The notes under the pieces: generated by a model
What the model was told of the DNA's origin: nothing
Database searches by the model: none
What the model saw: the letters and a program-made list of their open reading frames with translations, nothing else
NCBI GenBank assembly: GCA_034429745.1
Contig: DAOUFY010000090.1
Location: 3,693 to 67,692, forward strand
Direction of reading: 5' to 3'
Length of the DNA stretch: 64,000 nucleotides
Source of the DNA: Anaerolineales bacterium
Lineage (GTDB): Bacteria; Chloroflexota; Anaerolineae; Anaerolineales; DRKV01
In this document: piece by piece, positions 9,990 to 18,643 of the stretch
Numbering within the stretch: position 1 is the stretch's first letter
How the letters are laid out: the number at the start of each line of letters is the position of its first letter
Program-made: the position numbers and the translations under genes

Positions 9990-11104
9990 GGTACTGTCAA
10001 GAATGTATTTTGCCGGATACGCGCCCAAACTTGGTCCTGAATGAAAAGGGCGTATGCAATGCTTGTGAAACACATAAGCGGCGCGCGGCCATTGATTGGA
10101 ACGCCCGCGAGCAGGCTTTTCAAAAAGTGGTGGAACATGCCAAATCGCGCAGTAAAGGCTATGATTGCCTTATCCCCGTTAGTGGGGGTAAGGACAGCAC
10201 TTGGCAAGTAGTAAAATGTCTGGAATATGGATTAAATCCTCTGGCAGTAACTTGGAAACCTCCGGCAAGAACAGAGCTTGGCCGTAGGAATCTTGAAAAT
10301 TTAATTCAGTTAGGTGTTGACCATATAGATTATCAGGTGAACCCCAACGTGGAGCGTAAATTCCTCTATCAAGCCTTAGCTCGATTTGGTGCGCCGGGGC
10401 TCCCCATGCATATGGCTTTATTCAATATTCCGCTGAAACTCGCTGTTAAGTTTAATATCCCTTTGGTGGTATGGGGGGAAAATTCAGCTTTTGAATATGG
10501 AAGCCCGGATGAATCCTATATGGGCTTTCAATTGGACAGTCGCTGGCTGCGTCAGTTCGGTGTGATGCATGGGACAACAGCAAAGGATTGGATATCTGAA
10601 TCCCTAACGGAAAAAGAACTGACCCCTTATTTTGGACCTTCTGATGAAGAATTGGAAAAAGCGGGAGTATTGGCAATCTTTTTAGGGTATTATTTTCCAT
10701 GGGATCCTTATCAGACCTACCAAGTGGCAAAACAGCATGGTTTTCAAACGAGCAAAGAAGGAGCGAAAGTAGGATATTATGATTTCGCGGATTTGGATGA
10801 TGACTTTATCTCTGTTCATCATTACTTGAAATGGTATAAGTATGGATTTACGCGTAGTTTTGATAACCTTTCTTTGGAAATAAGGTTTGGTAGGTTGACG
10901 CGACAGCAGGCAATAGAGATATTGAGTGAACGAGGAGATGAAACTCCTTATGCAGATATAGACGTGTTTTGTCAATTTCTCGGAATTTCTGTTCGGCAAT
11001 TCTTTGAGCTTATTGAAAGGTTTCGCAATCTTGAGATCTGGAAAAAGAAAAATGGGAAGTGGGTTATTGAAGATTTTCTTATTCCTCATTGGCATTGGGA
11101 GTAG
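9986..11104 (+). CDS. N-acetyl sugar amidotransferase (PP-loop ATPase; PseA/WbuX-like)
   Basis: It has an N-terminal Cys-rich segment (CQECILPDTRPN...GVCNAC) and a PP-loop (SGGKDS, nt 10181-10198). It overlaps asnB by ATGA. Confidence 0.75.
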   Translation: MRYCQECILPDTRPNLVLNEKGVCNACETHKRRAAIDWNAREQAFQKVVEHAKSRSKGYDCLIPVSGGKDSTWQVVKCLEYGLNPLAVTWKPPARTELGRRNLENLIQLGVDHIDYQVNPNVERKFLYQALARFGAPGLPMHMALFNIPLKLAVKFNIPLVVWGENSAFEYGSPDESYMGFQLDSRWLRQFGVMHGTTAKDWISESLTEKELTPYFGPSDEELEKAGVLAIFLGYYFPWDPYQTYQVAKQHGFQTSKEGAKVGYYDFADLDDDFISVHHYLKWYKYGFTRSFDNLSLEIRFGRLTRQQAIEILSERGDETPYADIDVFCQFLGISVRQFFELIERFRNLEIWKKKNGKWVIEDFLIPHWHWE

Positions 11105-11107
11105 TGG

Positions 11108-11452
11108 ATGAAAGTTGTGTGTAATGATCCGCCGCGTCGTTTTGTCGTTGGAAGAAATGCTTCTATCGAAATGAAGGATTGTGGGCAGATTCTGCTTGAA
11201 GCTGACGAACAAGTTACCTTTATTACCGCTCTAGGGGCTGAATACGATGTGGCGCGCAAGGAATGGGGGTTTTATGCCACGCCGTCAGTGAATGGCAGGT
11301 TAAAAGCTATGGGTTTTAAAACTGCCTTGGTAAAGAACCCACATCATCGCTATTATGTGTTATTGGTAGAGCAGGATAAAATTGAACAGTTTTTAGCCTA
11401 TCTTCAACAGGAGGAAAGTGAAATAGTTGAGTGGCTTGATGAACGATCATGA
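11108..11452 (+). CDS. Hypothetical small protein (114 aa), co-transcribed with the amidotransferases
   Basis: The ORF sits 3 nt after the upstream stop and overlaps the next gene. I recognise no family. Confidence 0.5.
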   Translation: MKVVCNDPPRRFVVGRNASIEMKDCGQILLEADEQVTFITALGAEYDVARKEWGFYATPSVNGRLKAMGFKTALVKNPHHRYYVLLVEQDKIEQFLAYLQQEESEIVEWLDERS

Positions 11453-14102
11453 AGTTTCAACGCGGAGATCATTTCGGAGCGAGTTGCTGCGGATTCATGC
11501 TCAAGCACCGCAGCAGCAGTGGCTTACACTGCTGCGATCTGCTGATGAGCATGAATATACCATAGAACAGCTTATCGCCCGGGTTGGGGATTATGCGGAG
11601 TTTTATTACAACGTAGGTATTCAGCCCAACGATTTGATCTTAATCATCTTAAAAGAATCACTGGATTTGTTTGCTTCATTTTTCGCAGCCATCATTATTG
11701 GGGCGTTGCCGGCTTACTATGCTTACCCTTCTCCCAAGCATTCGGTGGAATCATTTATTGAGTCAGTTGAAAACCTTATTCGCTATAACGAGATTAAGCT
11801 CGTCATTAGTTTCAAGGAAGTGATCCATGTCCTAAATCAAATAGACAGACAGCTATTCCCAAGCTGTATAGGATTTTATGATCATCACGCAGTGCAAGAA
11901 CAGGGAAACACAAATTTAGAGCGTTTTCCAATACCCGCCAATGAGGCTTTTTTACAGTTCTCCTCCGGTACGACAGGGGCAAAAAAAGGAGTAAAGATAT
12001 CCATTGACTCTTTATTTAACCAAATTGAGGCTTACAGCCCTTATGTCAATTATTCTTCGCAAAGCAAAGTTGTCTCTTGGCTGCCCCATTATCATGATAT
12101 GGGTTTGATCGCTTGCATGCTGATGCCTTTTTTAAAGTCGGTGCCAATTGTGATGATGTCGCCATTTGAATGGGTAAGCAACCCAAAAATGCTGTTTGAA
12201 GCAATAACGAAAGTTCGCGGCACCCATGTATGGCTGCCTAATTTTGCTTTAGGACACTTAACCAACACGATACCTGAGAGTGAGTTGGGAGTTTATGACT
12301 TAAGCTGCCTAAGTCAGTTGGTGTGCTGCTCAGAACCACTGCTTTATGAGACAGTAAAGGCTTTTTTACGGCGCTTTAAGCCTTGCGGTATTAAGGAGGA
12401 ACAGTTTTACAATTGCTACGCTATGGCAGAAAACACCTTTGCTGTAACTTCGACTAGACAAGGCGGCTTATCTTTCCTTCAGGTGGACGCGCAGGCGCTG
12501 CAGCATGATCGCATTGTGCCGGTTTTTGAAGGAGGAAGAACGATTGCCAGCGCAGGTTTTCCATTGGATAATGTTCAGCTGAGGATTGTTGATTCCAGTG
12601 GTTCCGATCTGGAAGAAAATGCAGTCGGCGAGGTGTGGTTGAAAAGCAATTGTATGCTTGAAGGTTATCATAATAATCCGCTTGAGACTCAATCTGCCTT
12701 TGCTGATGGCTGGTACAAAACCGGAGATTTAGGGTTTATCCATCATGGGGAGTTGTATATCACTGGCCGCAAGAAAGACATGATGATCATCGGAGGTGTG
12801 AACATATACCCCCAAGATGTGGAGCTGATATTAAATGCAGAATCGCCCTTAATACCTGGCCGCAATGTGGTGTTTGGGGTGAACGATGAGCGGCTTGGCA
12901 CAGAACGTGTGGTCGTGCTGGCAGAGGTAAAGGAGGAGGATAAAGAAAAAGTTGACTCATTTTCCATAACACAAAAGATATTTCAAGCTTTAGATATTTC
13001 AGTTTCTGAATTTGTTTTGCTTCCGCCGATGACTTTGAAAAAAGGTACAGCTGGTAAAATTTCTCGATATTTGAATAAAAAGCTCTATCTGCAGGGAATG
13101 TTTGACCATTATTGTAACAAAGAAAAGGCTGCTGCAACAATAAAAGATGAACAAAACGAATTAAGCGAATTGGTAAGCAGGGTGATATCTTACAGCCAGA
13201 AGCCACCGCTTGAAGCAAATACCCCCTTATTTGTCTCAGGGCTGATCGACTCTTTTGGGTTTGCCGAATTGCTACTGCTGTTAGAAAAGCACTATCAGGT
13301 TACCATTCCAGATTCAATCAAGCAAGTAAAGTATTTCCAAACTCTGGCAGAGATAAGCAAAACGCTCGAAGCGCTGAAAAAGAAACAATTGCCTTCACAT
13401 GAGGAAGATGAGTCATTAATAAAAGCAAGGCAAGAGAGTTTTTTACGGCTTAGTCATCCTTCTTCAAAACGCAGGGCGGATACAACCATGTTTGAGTGGT
13501 GGATTATCCATTTTCCGCTGCGCAACACGCCATTTTATCGCTGGTTATTGAGGATGAGTGGGGTTGTTTTAGGAGAGCGAGTTGTTTTTTTAGGAAGATT
13601 TCGAGTGAAAATGCGCGGACAACGCGGCAGCATTGTGATTGGCAATGATGTCGTGTTGGGTGATGGAGTAGATTTGCGCACTAGGGAAAATGGTAAAATC
13701 ATTTTATCGGATAACGTTTATTTAGATAGCAATGTGCGCATCGTAGCAGCAAGAGAAGGAATGGTGCAAATAGGAACTGATACGGAAATTGGATTTAATA
13801 CTGTTATTAACTCTGGCGGTATTACTCGCATTGGTAAGTTTTGCATGATTGCCGGTAATGTGAATATCAATTCCTCTAGTCATGGGGTTAAACGGGATAC
13901 ATACATAAAAGAACAACCTCATTCACATGGCATTGTCGAGATTGGAGATGACGTATGGATTGGTGCTGGAGTTTCAATTGTTATGAATGCTAAGATAGGT
14001 GAGGGGGCGGTGATCTCTTCCAACTCTTTGGTCAGTGGGGAAATACCGCCTTTTGGGATTTGTGCCGGCGTGCCGGCTAAAGTAATTCGATATCGATCAT
14101 AG
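11427..14102 (+). CDS. Tri-domain fusion: acyl-AMP ligase (FAAL/AMP-binding) - acyl carrier protein - left-handed beta-helix (hexapeptide) acyltransferase
   Basis: The AMP-binding core is SSGTTGAKKGV (nt 11961-11990), with YKTGDLG and GRKKDMMIIGGVNIYP. The carrier-domain motif GLIDSFGF puts a Ser codon at 13251-13253. The C-terminal ~190 aa carry hexapeptide repeats (IGNDVVLGDGVDL...IGDDVWIGAGVSI). The start is TTG 11427 or ATG 11439. Confidence 0.8.
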   Translation: MSGLMNDHEVSTRRSFRSELLRIHAQAPQQQWLTLLRSADEHEYTIEQLIARVGDYAEFYYNVGIQPNDLILIILKESLDLFASFFAAIIIGALPAYYAYPSPKHSVESFIESVENLIRYNEIKLVISFKEVIHVLNQIDRQLFPSCIGFYDHHAVQEQGNTNLERFPIPANEAFLQFSSGTTGAKKGVKISIDSLFNQIEAYSPYVNYSSQSKVVSWLPHYHDMGLIACMLMPFLKSVPIVMMSPFEWVSNPKMLFEAITKVRGTHVWLPNFALGHLTNTIPESELGVYDLSCLSQLVCCSEPLLYETVKAFLRRFKPCGIKEEQFYNCYAMAENTFAVTSTRQGGLSFLQVDAQALQHDRIVPVFEGGRTIASAGFPLDNVQLRIVDSSGSDLEENAVGEVWLKSNCMLEGYHNNPLETQSAFADGWYKTGDLGFIHHGELYITGRKKDMMIIGGVNIYPQDVELILNAESPLIPGRNVVFGVNDERLGTERVVVLAEVKEEDKEKVDSFSITQKIFQALDISVSEFVLLPPMTLKKGTAGKISRYLNKKLYLQGMFDHYCNKEKAAATIKDEQNELSELVSRVISYSQKPPLEANTPLFVSGLIDSFGFAELLLLLEKHYQVTIPDSIKQVKYFQTLAEISKTLEALKKKQLPSHEEDESLIKARQESFLRLSHPSSKRRADTTMFEWWIIHFPLRNTPFYRWLLRMSGVVLGERVVFLGRFRVKMRGQRGSIVIGNDVVLGDGVDLRTRENGKIILSDNVYLDSNVRIVAAREGMVQIGTDTEIGFNTVINSGGITRIGKFCMIAGNVNINSSSHGVKRDTYIKEQPHSHGIVEIGDDVWIGAGVSIVMNAKIGEGAVISSNSLVSGEIPPFGICAGVPAKVIRYRS

Positions 14103-14113
14103 GAAAGTGAGTA

Positions 14114-16360
14114 ATGCACAAAAAAATTGTTGCTTTTGCACCTTACGGCAATTGGTTGGTTCATCATCAAGTAGATGCAGTGCTAGGTAAAGCTTTAGAA
14201 CTTCGCGGGGCGTCATTTTTTACAATACTATGTGATGGTGTGTTTGAAAATTGCCCCAATGCCGGCATACCTTATCAGATTGAAGCGTGCCGCAGTTGCG
14301 CGAACGCCGGTCGGCAATGGTTTGCTAAATTTGGTTTGAATACTATTCCACTTAGCAGTTTAATTACTCAGCGGGATGTAGAAGAGTGTCAGGAATGGGC
14401 TTTGCAGCTTCGGGAAGAGAATTTCCTGCAGGCAACTTTTGAAGGCGGCGAATTAGGAAAATGGGTTTATGCCGGGGTGTGCTCCTATTTTTTCATGGGC
14501 AAACCGCCTCTTTCTGACCCGCGAGTGGCATTGGCTTATCGTGTATTTTTGTATAATGCGGCTTTGCTTCAAAGGGCGATACAACGCGGCTTAGACGTTT
14601 TACAGCCCCAGCATGCAGTTTGTTATGCAGGTACGCTAGCCGCTTACCGAGTCTTTTTAGAAACTTGCCGTCAGCGAGGTATTCCGGTTCTTGTACATGA
14701 ACGCGGTCCATTGGATGATACCTTTATTTTTGCGGATAGCGATTATTATGGACGCATGGCGGGCAGAGAAGAATCGCTTAAAGCTTGGGAAAGCGTACCT
14801 CTGAGTGATGAAGAATATCAAGCAGCAAAATGGCATATTCTTGAACGAGAGTTAGGGAAAAATTTGAATCGCGACCATTTTTATCGCATGCCTCCTGTGA
14901 AGGGCAGCTTGCGTTACGCTCTGAGAATTCCATACGATGCTTCCATTATCGCAGTATTTACCCAAAGTGATTGGGAATTAGGTATGGCGCGCGGTTATGT
15001 TGATAGGTTGTTTGATCAAGCCATAGATGGAGTAAAGCAAATTTTAGATAATCTAATAGCTAATAATTCAGCAGATATCTATTGGGTTTTTCGGCTCCAT
15101 CCTAATATGATAGGTCCTACATGGACAGATTTTGTTTTCTTAGAGCAAATGATCGCTCAAGGGCTGCTTATGCCTCATAACGTGCGCGTGATTATGCCAA
15201 CCGAACGAATAACTTCATATCAATTAATATGGGAAGCTGACGCGGCTCTTTCCTTTGGCAGCACTGTTGGAGCAGAGGCATTGGTGCGCGGCTTGTCGGT
15301 TGCTAGCAGTGTGGATAATCTAACTGTAAAGATTAATGGTGTGGAAAAAATCCATTCTATTGAAGATTACTCCAACGCTTTATCCAGAGTGATGCAGAAA
15401 ACCAAACAGCTTTCGTTAGAAGATATGCGATCAGCCTACCGTCGTTTTTATTATTACTTCTTTAGGCTAAGTTACCGGTTTAAGTCTTTTGGCATTCGCG
15501 AGTTTTATCAGCCGGAACTTCGTTTTACCAGCCTAGAGGAGTTAAAAGAAGGTAAGGACGAAAAATTGGACGTTCTCTGCAACCATATTATGAATAGTCA
15601 GCCGCTGTATCCATTTCCAAATCAAGCAGAACAAGAGCGTTCTGACGAAGAAGAGACGCAGTTCTTGATGCAAGTGATTGAAGACATAAAGACACGCCGA
15701 GCAGAAGCCAAAGAACAGGATTTTTTGATGAAGGATGTGAAAGAGCCTTTAATAAGCACCGTATGTATGCTGCGGGATCGATCATCACAAACTGTTGAGG
15801 AGGTAGAAAACACGCGTTTTCAGCGCAGCTTGCAACGTTCCCGCCATAAAACCATAGAGGTGCAGACTCTGCGTTTATCTGCAACGGTAACTGCACAGCA
15901 GTTCCTTCAACAATTGATAGAGACAGCCAAAAATGCTCATGGTGAGTATATCTATGTTGGGGCAGCCGAAGTGCAGTTGGATGAAGCTTTGTTTTCCACG
16001 GCGATAGACTACTTAGAGGAAGAGGAGCACAAGTTGTTGTCAGCAGTGATGACGGGAGCTTGGATTCTTACTGCAGAAGGGCATTTTTCCGGCGACATTT
16101 TTACTTTGCGGAAAGAACCGAGAGACTATGTGGAAGCTCAGCAATGGCTTCCTCTGCTGAGAGATCCACTCTATTTGCTTTCTTGTTTCGTATGGCGAAG
16201 AGAAGCTTTTATTGATTTATTCTCTTCTCTTCAAGTAAGCACAACTCTGCTTAGCGGGATCTCTTCAGCATTGTTTGCTGATATAACAGAAAAAGCAGCA
16301 AAAGGTTTGATGGATAAACTAAAAGTACCATTTATTACTTTTTATCTTCCTGGCACATAA
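14114..16360 (+). CDS. Hypothetical 748-aa protein; possible GT-B-like keto-acid-sugar (capsule-synthesis/sialyl-type) transferase with an acidic C-terminal extension
   Basis: This is a long ORF in the operon with no confident family match by eye. An RLHPN motif (nt 15091-15105) resembles the HP motif of CMP-keto-acid sugar transferases. The assignment is speculative. Confidence 0.4.
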   Translation: MHKKIVAFAPYGNWLVHHQVDAVLGKALELRGASFFTILCDGVFENCPNAGIPYQIEACRSCANAGRQWFAKFGLNTIPLSSLITQRDVEECQEWALQLREENFLQATFEGGELGKWVYAGVCSYFFMGKPPLSDPRVALAYRVFLYNAALLQRAIQRGLDVLQPQHAVCYAGTLAAYRVFLETCRQRGIPVLVHERGPLDDTFIFADSDYYGRMAGREESLKAWESVPLSDEEYQAAKWHILERELGKNLNRDHFYRMPPVKGSLRYALRIPYDASIIAVFTQSDWELGMARGYVDRLFDQAIDGVKQILDNLIANNSADIYWVFRLHPNMIGPTWTDFVFLEQMIAQGLLMPHNVRVIMPTERITSYQLIWEADAALSFGSTVGAEALVRGLSVASSVDNLTVKINGVEKIHSIEDYSNALSRVMQKTKQLSLEDMRSAYRRFYYYFFRLSYRFKSFGIREFYQPELRFTSLEELKEGKDEKLDVLCNHIMNSQPLYPFPNQAEQERSDEEETQFLMQVIEDIKTRRAEAKEQDFLMKDVKEPLISTVCMLRDRSSQTVEEVENTRFQRSLQRSRHKTIEVQTLRLSATVTAQQFLQQLIETAKNAHGEYIYVGAAEVQLDEALFSTAIDYLEEEEHKLLSAVMTGAWILTAEGHFSGDIFTLRKEPRDYVEAQQWLPLLRDPLYLLSCFVWRREAFIDLFSSLQVSTTLLSGISSALFADITEKAAKGLMDKLKVPFITFYLPGT

Positions 16361-16520
16361 TTTGCTTATCTAGATTAGGAAGGTTTAGTGATTAGTTGAA
16401 CCATTACCAGGATTGGCTGGCTTAAGCTGAAAGAGTATGGACAAAGCTTCACTAGACTTGCGTTATGAATACTGGGAATGGGCGTGTTTTACTATACATC
16501 GAGCAGCCGAAAGGTATTAA

Positions 16521-16778
16521 GTGCTGCAAGAGAAATTATTCGCTTCAGTAAAGTCGCTTGTGCTTAATCGTGAGCAAGTATTGGATAAATTGATCTAAAT
16601 TATCCATCAGCTTGTTAGCCAACTTCAGGAAGTATTAAAAGCAATGCTATTGGGGTGTTTGAAGCGGAGTGATCATGTAAGGACAAGCGGTGTAGATATT
16701 GCTATGATGGTTACAGAAAAAAATCCGCTAATCCTTTTTAGAAGGAAAGTTGAGGAAGAAGGAATAATCTTAATGTGA
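16521..16778 (+). pseudogene. Decayed MNT/NTP_transf_2-type nucleotidyltransferase remnant (in-frame stop, degenerate active site)
   Basis: One reading frame gives VLQEKLFASVKSLVLNREQVLDKLI*IIHQLVSQLQEVLKAMLLGCLKRSDHVRTSGVDIAMMV.... This resembles the LFGSxARGDxxxxSDVDIAV pattern but has TAA at 16596-16598 and GS->GC and SD->SG substitutions. Confidence 0.35.
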
Positions 16779-16848
16779 TATTTGTCAGGAGCAAGGTTAT
16801 ACGTGCAAGCGTATTATTCAACGCGTTTTATCCCTAAAGGTTAAATTT

Positions 16849-18639
16849 ATGAGCCCAAAAAAATGTCTATTTCTTAATACTTATTATCCTAAATTTCTGG
16901 CAGAGTTTTACCGCGAAAATATTCATCTTATCTCGAAGAGTTATCAGGAACAGAAAGCTGTTTTGCAAGCCCAATGTTTTGGTGACAGCGATTTTTACTC
17001 ACATGGGCTTAGACAAGCTGGCTGGGAAGCAGACGAGCTTATTGTTAATGACAATAATCTACAACAGGCATGGGCACGTCAAGTGGGCTTTGGCAGTTAT
17101 CAAAAGGTTACGGATATTGCCCTCGAGCAAATTAGGCGTTTCAAACCGGACGTACTTTACTTTCAGGATTTATCCTTAGCCACAGGCAGCTTTATTGCAG
17201 CGGTGCGCCCTCTTACTTCACTCATTGTGGGTCAAATTGCTTCTCCTATTCCTGCAGGCATTGACTTGCGCAGTTTTGACATACTTATTTCATCGTTTCC
17301 CCATTATGTTGAAGAATTTCGCCGCTTGGGCATAACCGCTTACTATCAACCTTTAGCCTTTGATGAACGCATTTTGGAACGTGTATCTTCTTCTCATCGA
17401 AAACATTTATTGACCTTTGTAGGCGGCCTATCAGCTGCCCATAGTGAACGCACAGAATTCTTAGAGAAGATTGCCCAACAGCTGCCGATAGATTTTTGGG
17501 GATATGGAGTGGAGTTGCTGCCACAGGAATCGGCATTGAGAAAGAATTACCATGGGGAAGCTTGGGGAATTCGGATGTTTGAGATATTGGCTCAATCATA
17601 TATAACATTAAACTTCCATATCAATGTTGCGGGAAACTATGCGAATAATATGCGTTTGTATGAGGCAAGCGGATGTGGGGCACTACTGATAACGGATTAT
17701 AAAGATAACCTCAACGAGTTATTCACCATTGGCAAGGAGGTTGTTGCCTATCGTTCGGTGGATGAAGCAATTTCATTGGTGAAGTATTATCTTCGCTATG
17801 TTCGGGAAGGAGAAGTAATTGCTCAAGCTGGACAACAGCGTACACTGCGTGAGCACACCTATACAAAACGAATGGAACAAACAGCAGAAATACTTGAACG
17901 TCATCTGCGCTATCAACACGAAAAACAATATTTTGGTCCGGTGGATTTATCCAAAATATCTTATGGTCATACACCAATTGCTAAAACGGCGATTACACCC
18001 CAAATGACAACGGCGTGGCAGAGTGAACTAATTCCCGCTAGGCAACGCGCTTTGGTGCGGCAAGAATTGGAGCAAATGCTGCATGGCAATCCTCCTGTGG
18101 TCTATCGGGTGCTGGCAGAACTCTTACGTCCTTATGTTACCAATAGTATGTCTATCCTGGAAATAGGCTGCAGCAGCGGTTATTATTATGAAGTATTGTC
18201 TTATCTTTTGAATAAAAGGCTGAATTATCATGGCGTGGACTATTCAACGGCATTGATAAAAATGGCGAAGGATTACTATCCACAAGAAGCATTTACGGTT
18301 GCAGATGGTTCTCGCTTGCCATATCAGAATGGAGCTTTTCCTCTAGTGATCTCCGGCGGCATATTACTTCATGTGCCTAACTACCCCGATCATATTGCTG
18401 ATACAGTGCGGGTGGCGAGCCGCTATGTTGCAGTTCATCGTACGCCAATTTGCCGCAGGAGAGAGACTCAATACATAAAAAAGTTCGCTTATGGGGTCGA
18501 AACCGTTGAACTGCGATTTAACGAGCAGGAATTGTTGGGAGAGTTTTACAAGCATGCACTCAAGCTGATTTCTGCAATCACATACTATAGTGATGAGGAC
18601 AAAGATGAATATGAAGCTTCGTACTTGTTCAGCAGGTAA
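16849..18639 (+). CDS. Fusion of a CgeB/DUF3880-like glycosyltransferase domain and a class I SAM-dependent methyltransferase
   Basis: The N-terminal 350 aa contain RLYEASGCGALLITDYKDNLNELF..GKEVVAY, which is CgeB-like GT-B C-terminal sequence. The C-terminal domain has SAM motif I (ILEIGCSSGYY, nt 18154-18180) and GVDYS...FPLVISGGILLHV. Confidence 0.7.
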   Translation: MSPKKCLFLNTYYPKFLAEFYRENIHLISKSYQEQKAVLQAQCFGDSDFYSHGLRQAGWEADELIVNDNNLQQAWARQVGFGSYQKVTDIALEQIRRFKPDVLYFQDLSLATGSFIAAVRPLTSLIVGQIASPIPAGIDLRSFDILISSFPHYVEEFRRLGITAYYQPLAFDERILERVSSSHRKHLLTFVGGLSAAHSERTEFLEKIAQQLPIDFWGYGVELLPQESALRKNYHGEAWGIRMFEILAQSYITLNFHINVAGNYANNMRLYEASGCGALLITDYKDNLNELFTIGKEVVAYRSVDEAISLVKYYLRYVREGEVIAQAGQQRTLREHTYTKRMEQTAEILERHLRYQHEKQYFGPVDLSKISYGHTPIAKTAITPQMTTAWQSELIPARQRALVRQELEQMLHGNPPVVYRVLAELLRPYVTNSMSILEIGCSSGYYYEVLSYLLNKRLNYHGVDYSTALIKMAKDYYPQEAFTVADGSRLPYQNGAFPLVISGGILLHVPNYPDHIADTVRVASRYVAVHRTPICRRRETQYIKKFAYGVETVELRFNEQELLGEFYKHALKLISAITYYSDEDKDEYEASYLFSR

Positions 18640-18643
18640 TGCG

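Noticed and set aside
10682-11212. A 176-aa minus-strand ORF, plus similar antisense ORFs at 2721-3167, 12787-13218, 37106-37642 and 37357-37839.
   Set aside because: They are all fully antisense to strongly supported plus-strand genes. They have no recognisable motifs and no RBS.
18590-18643. The upstream start (MMRTKMNMKL...) for the radical SAM gene.
   Set aside because: It overlaps the 3' end of the preceding gene by 50 nt. The ATG at 18644, 5 nt after that gene's stop, gives a typical B12-domain N-terminus.
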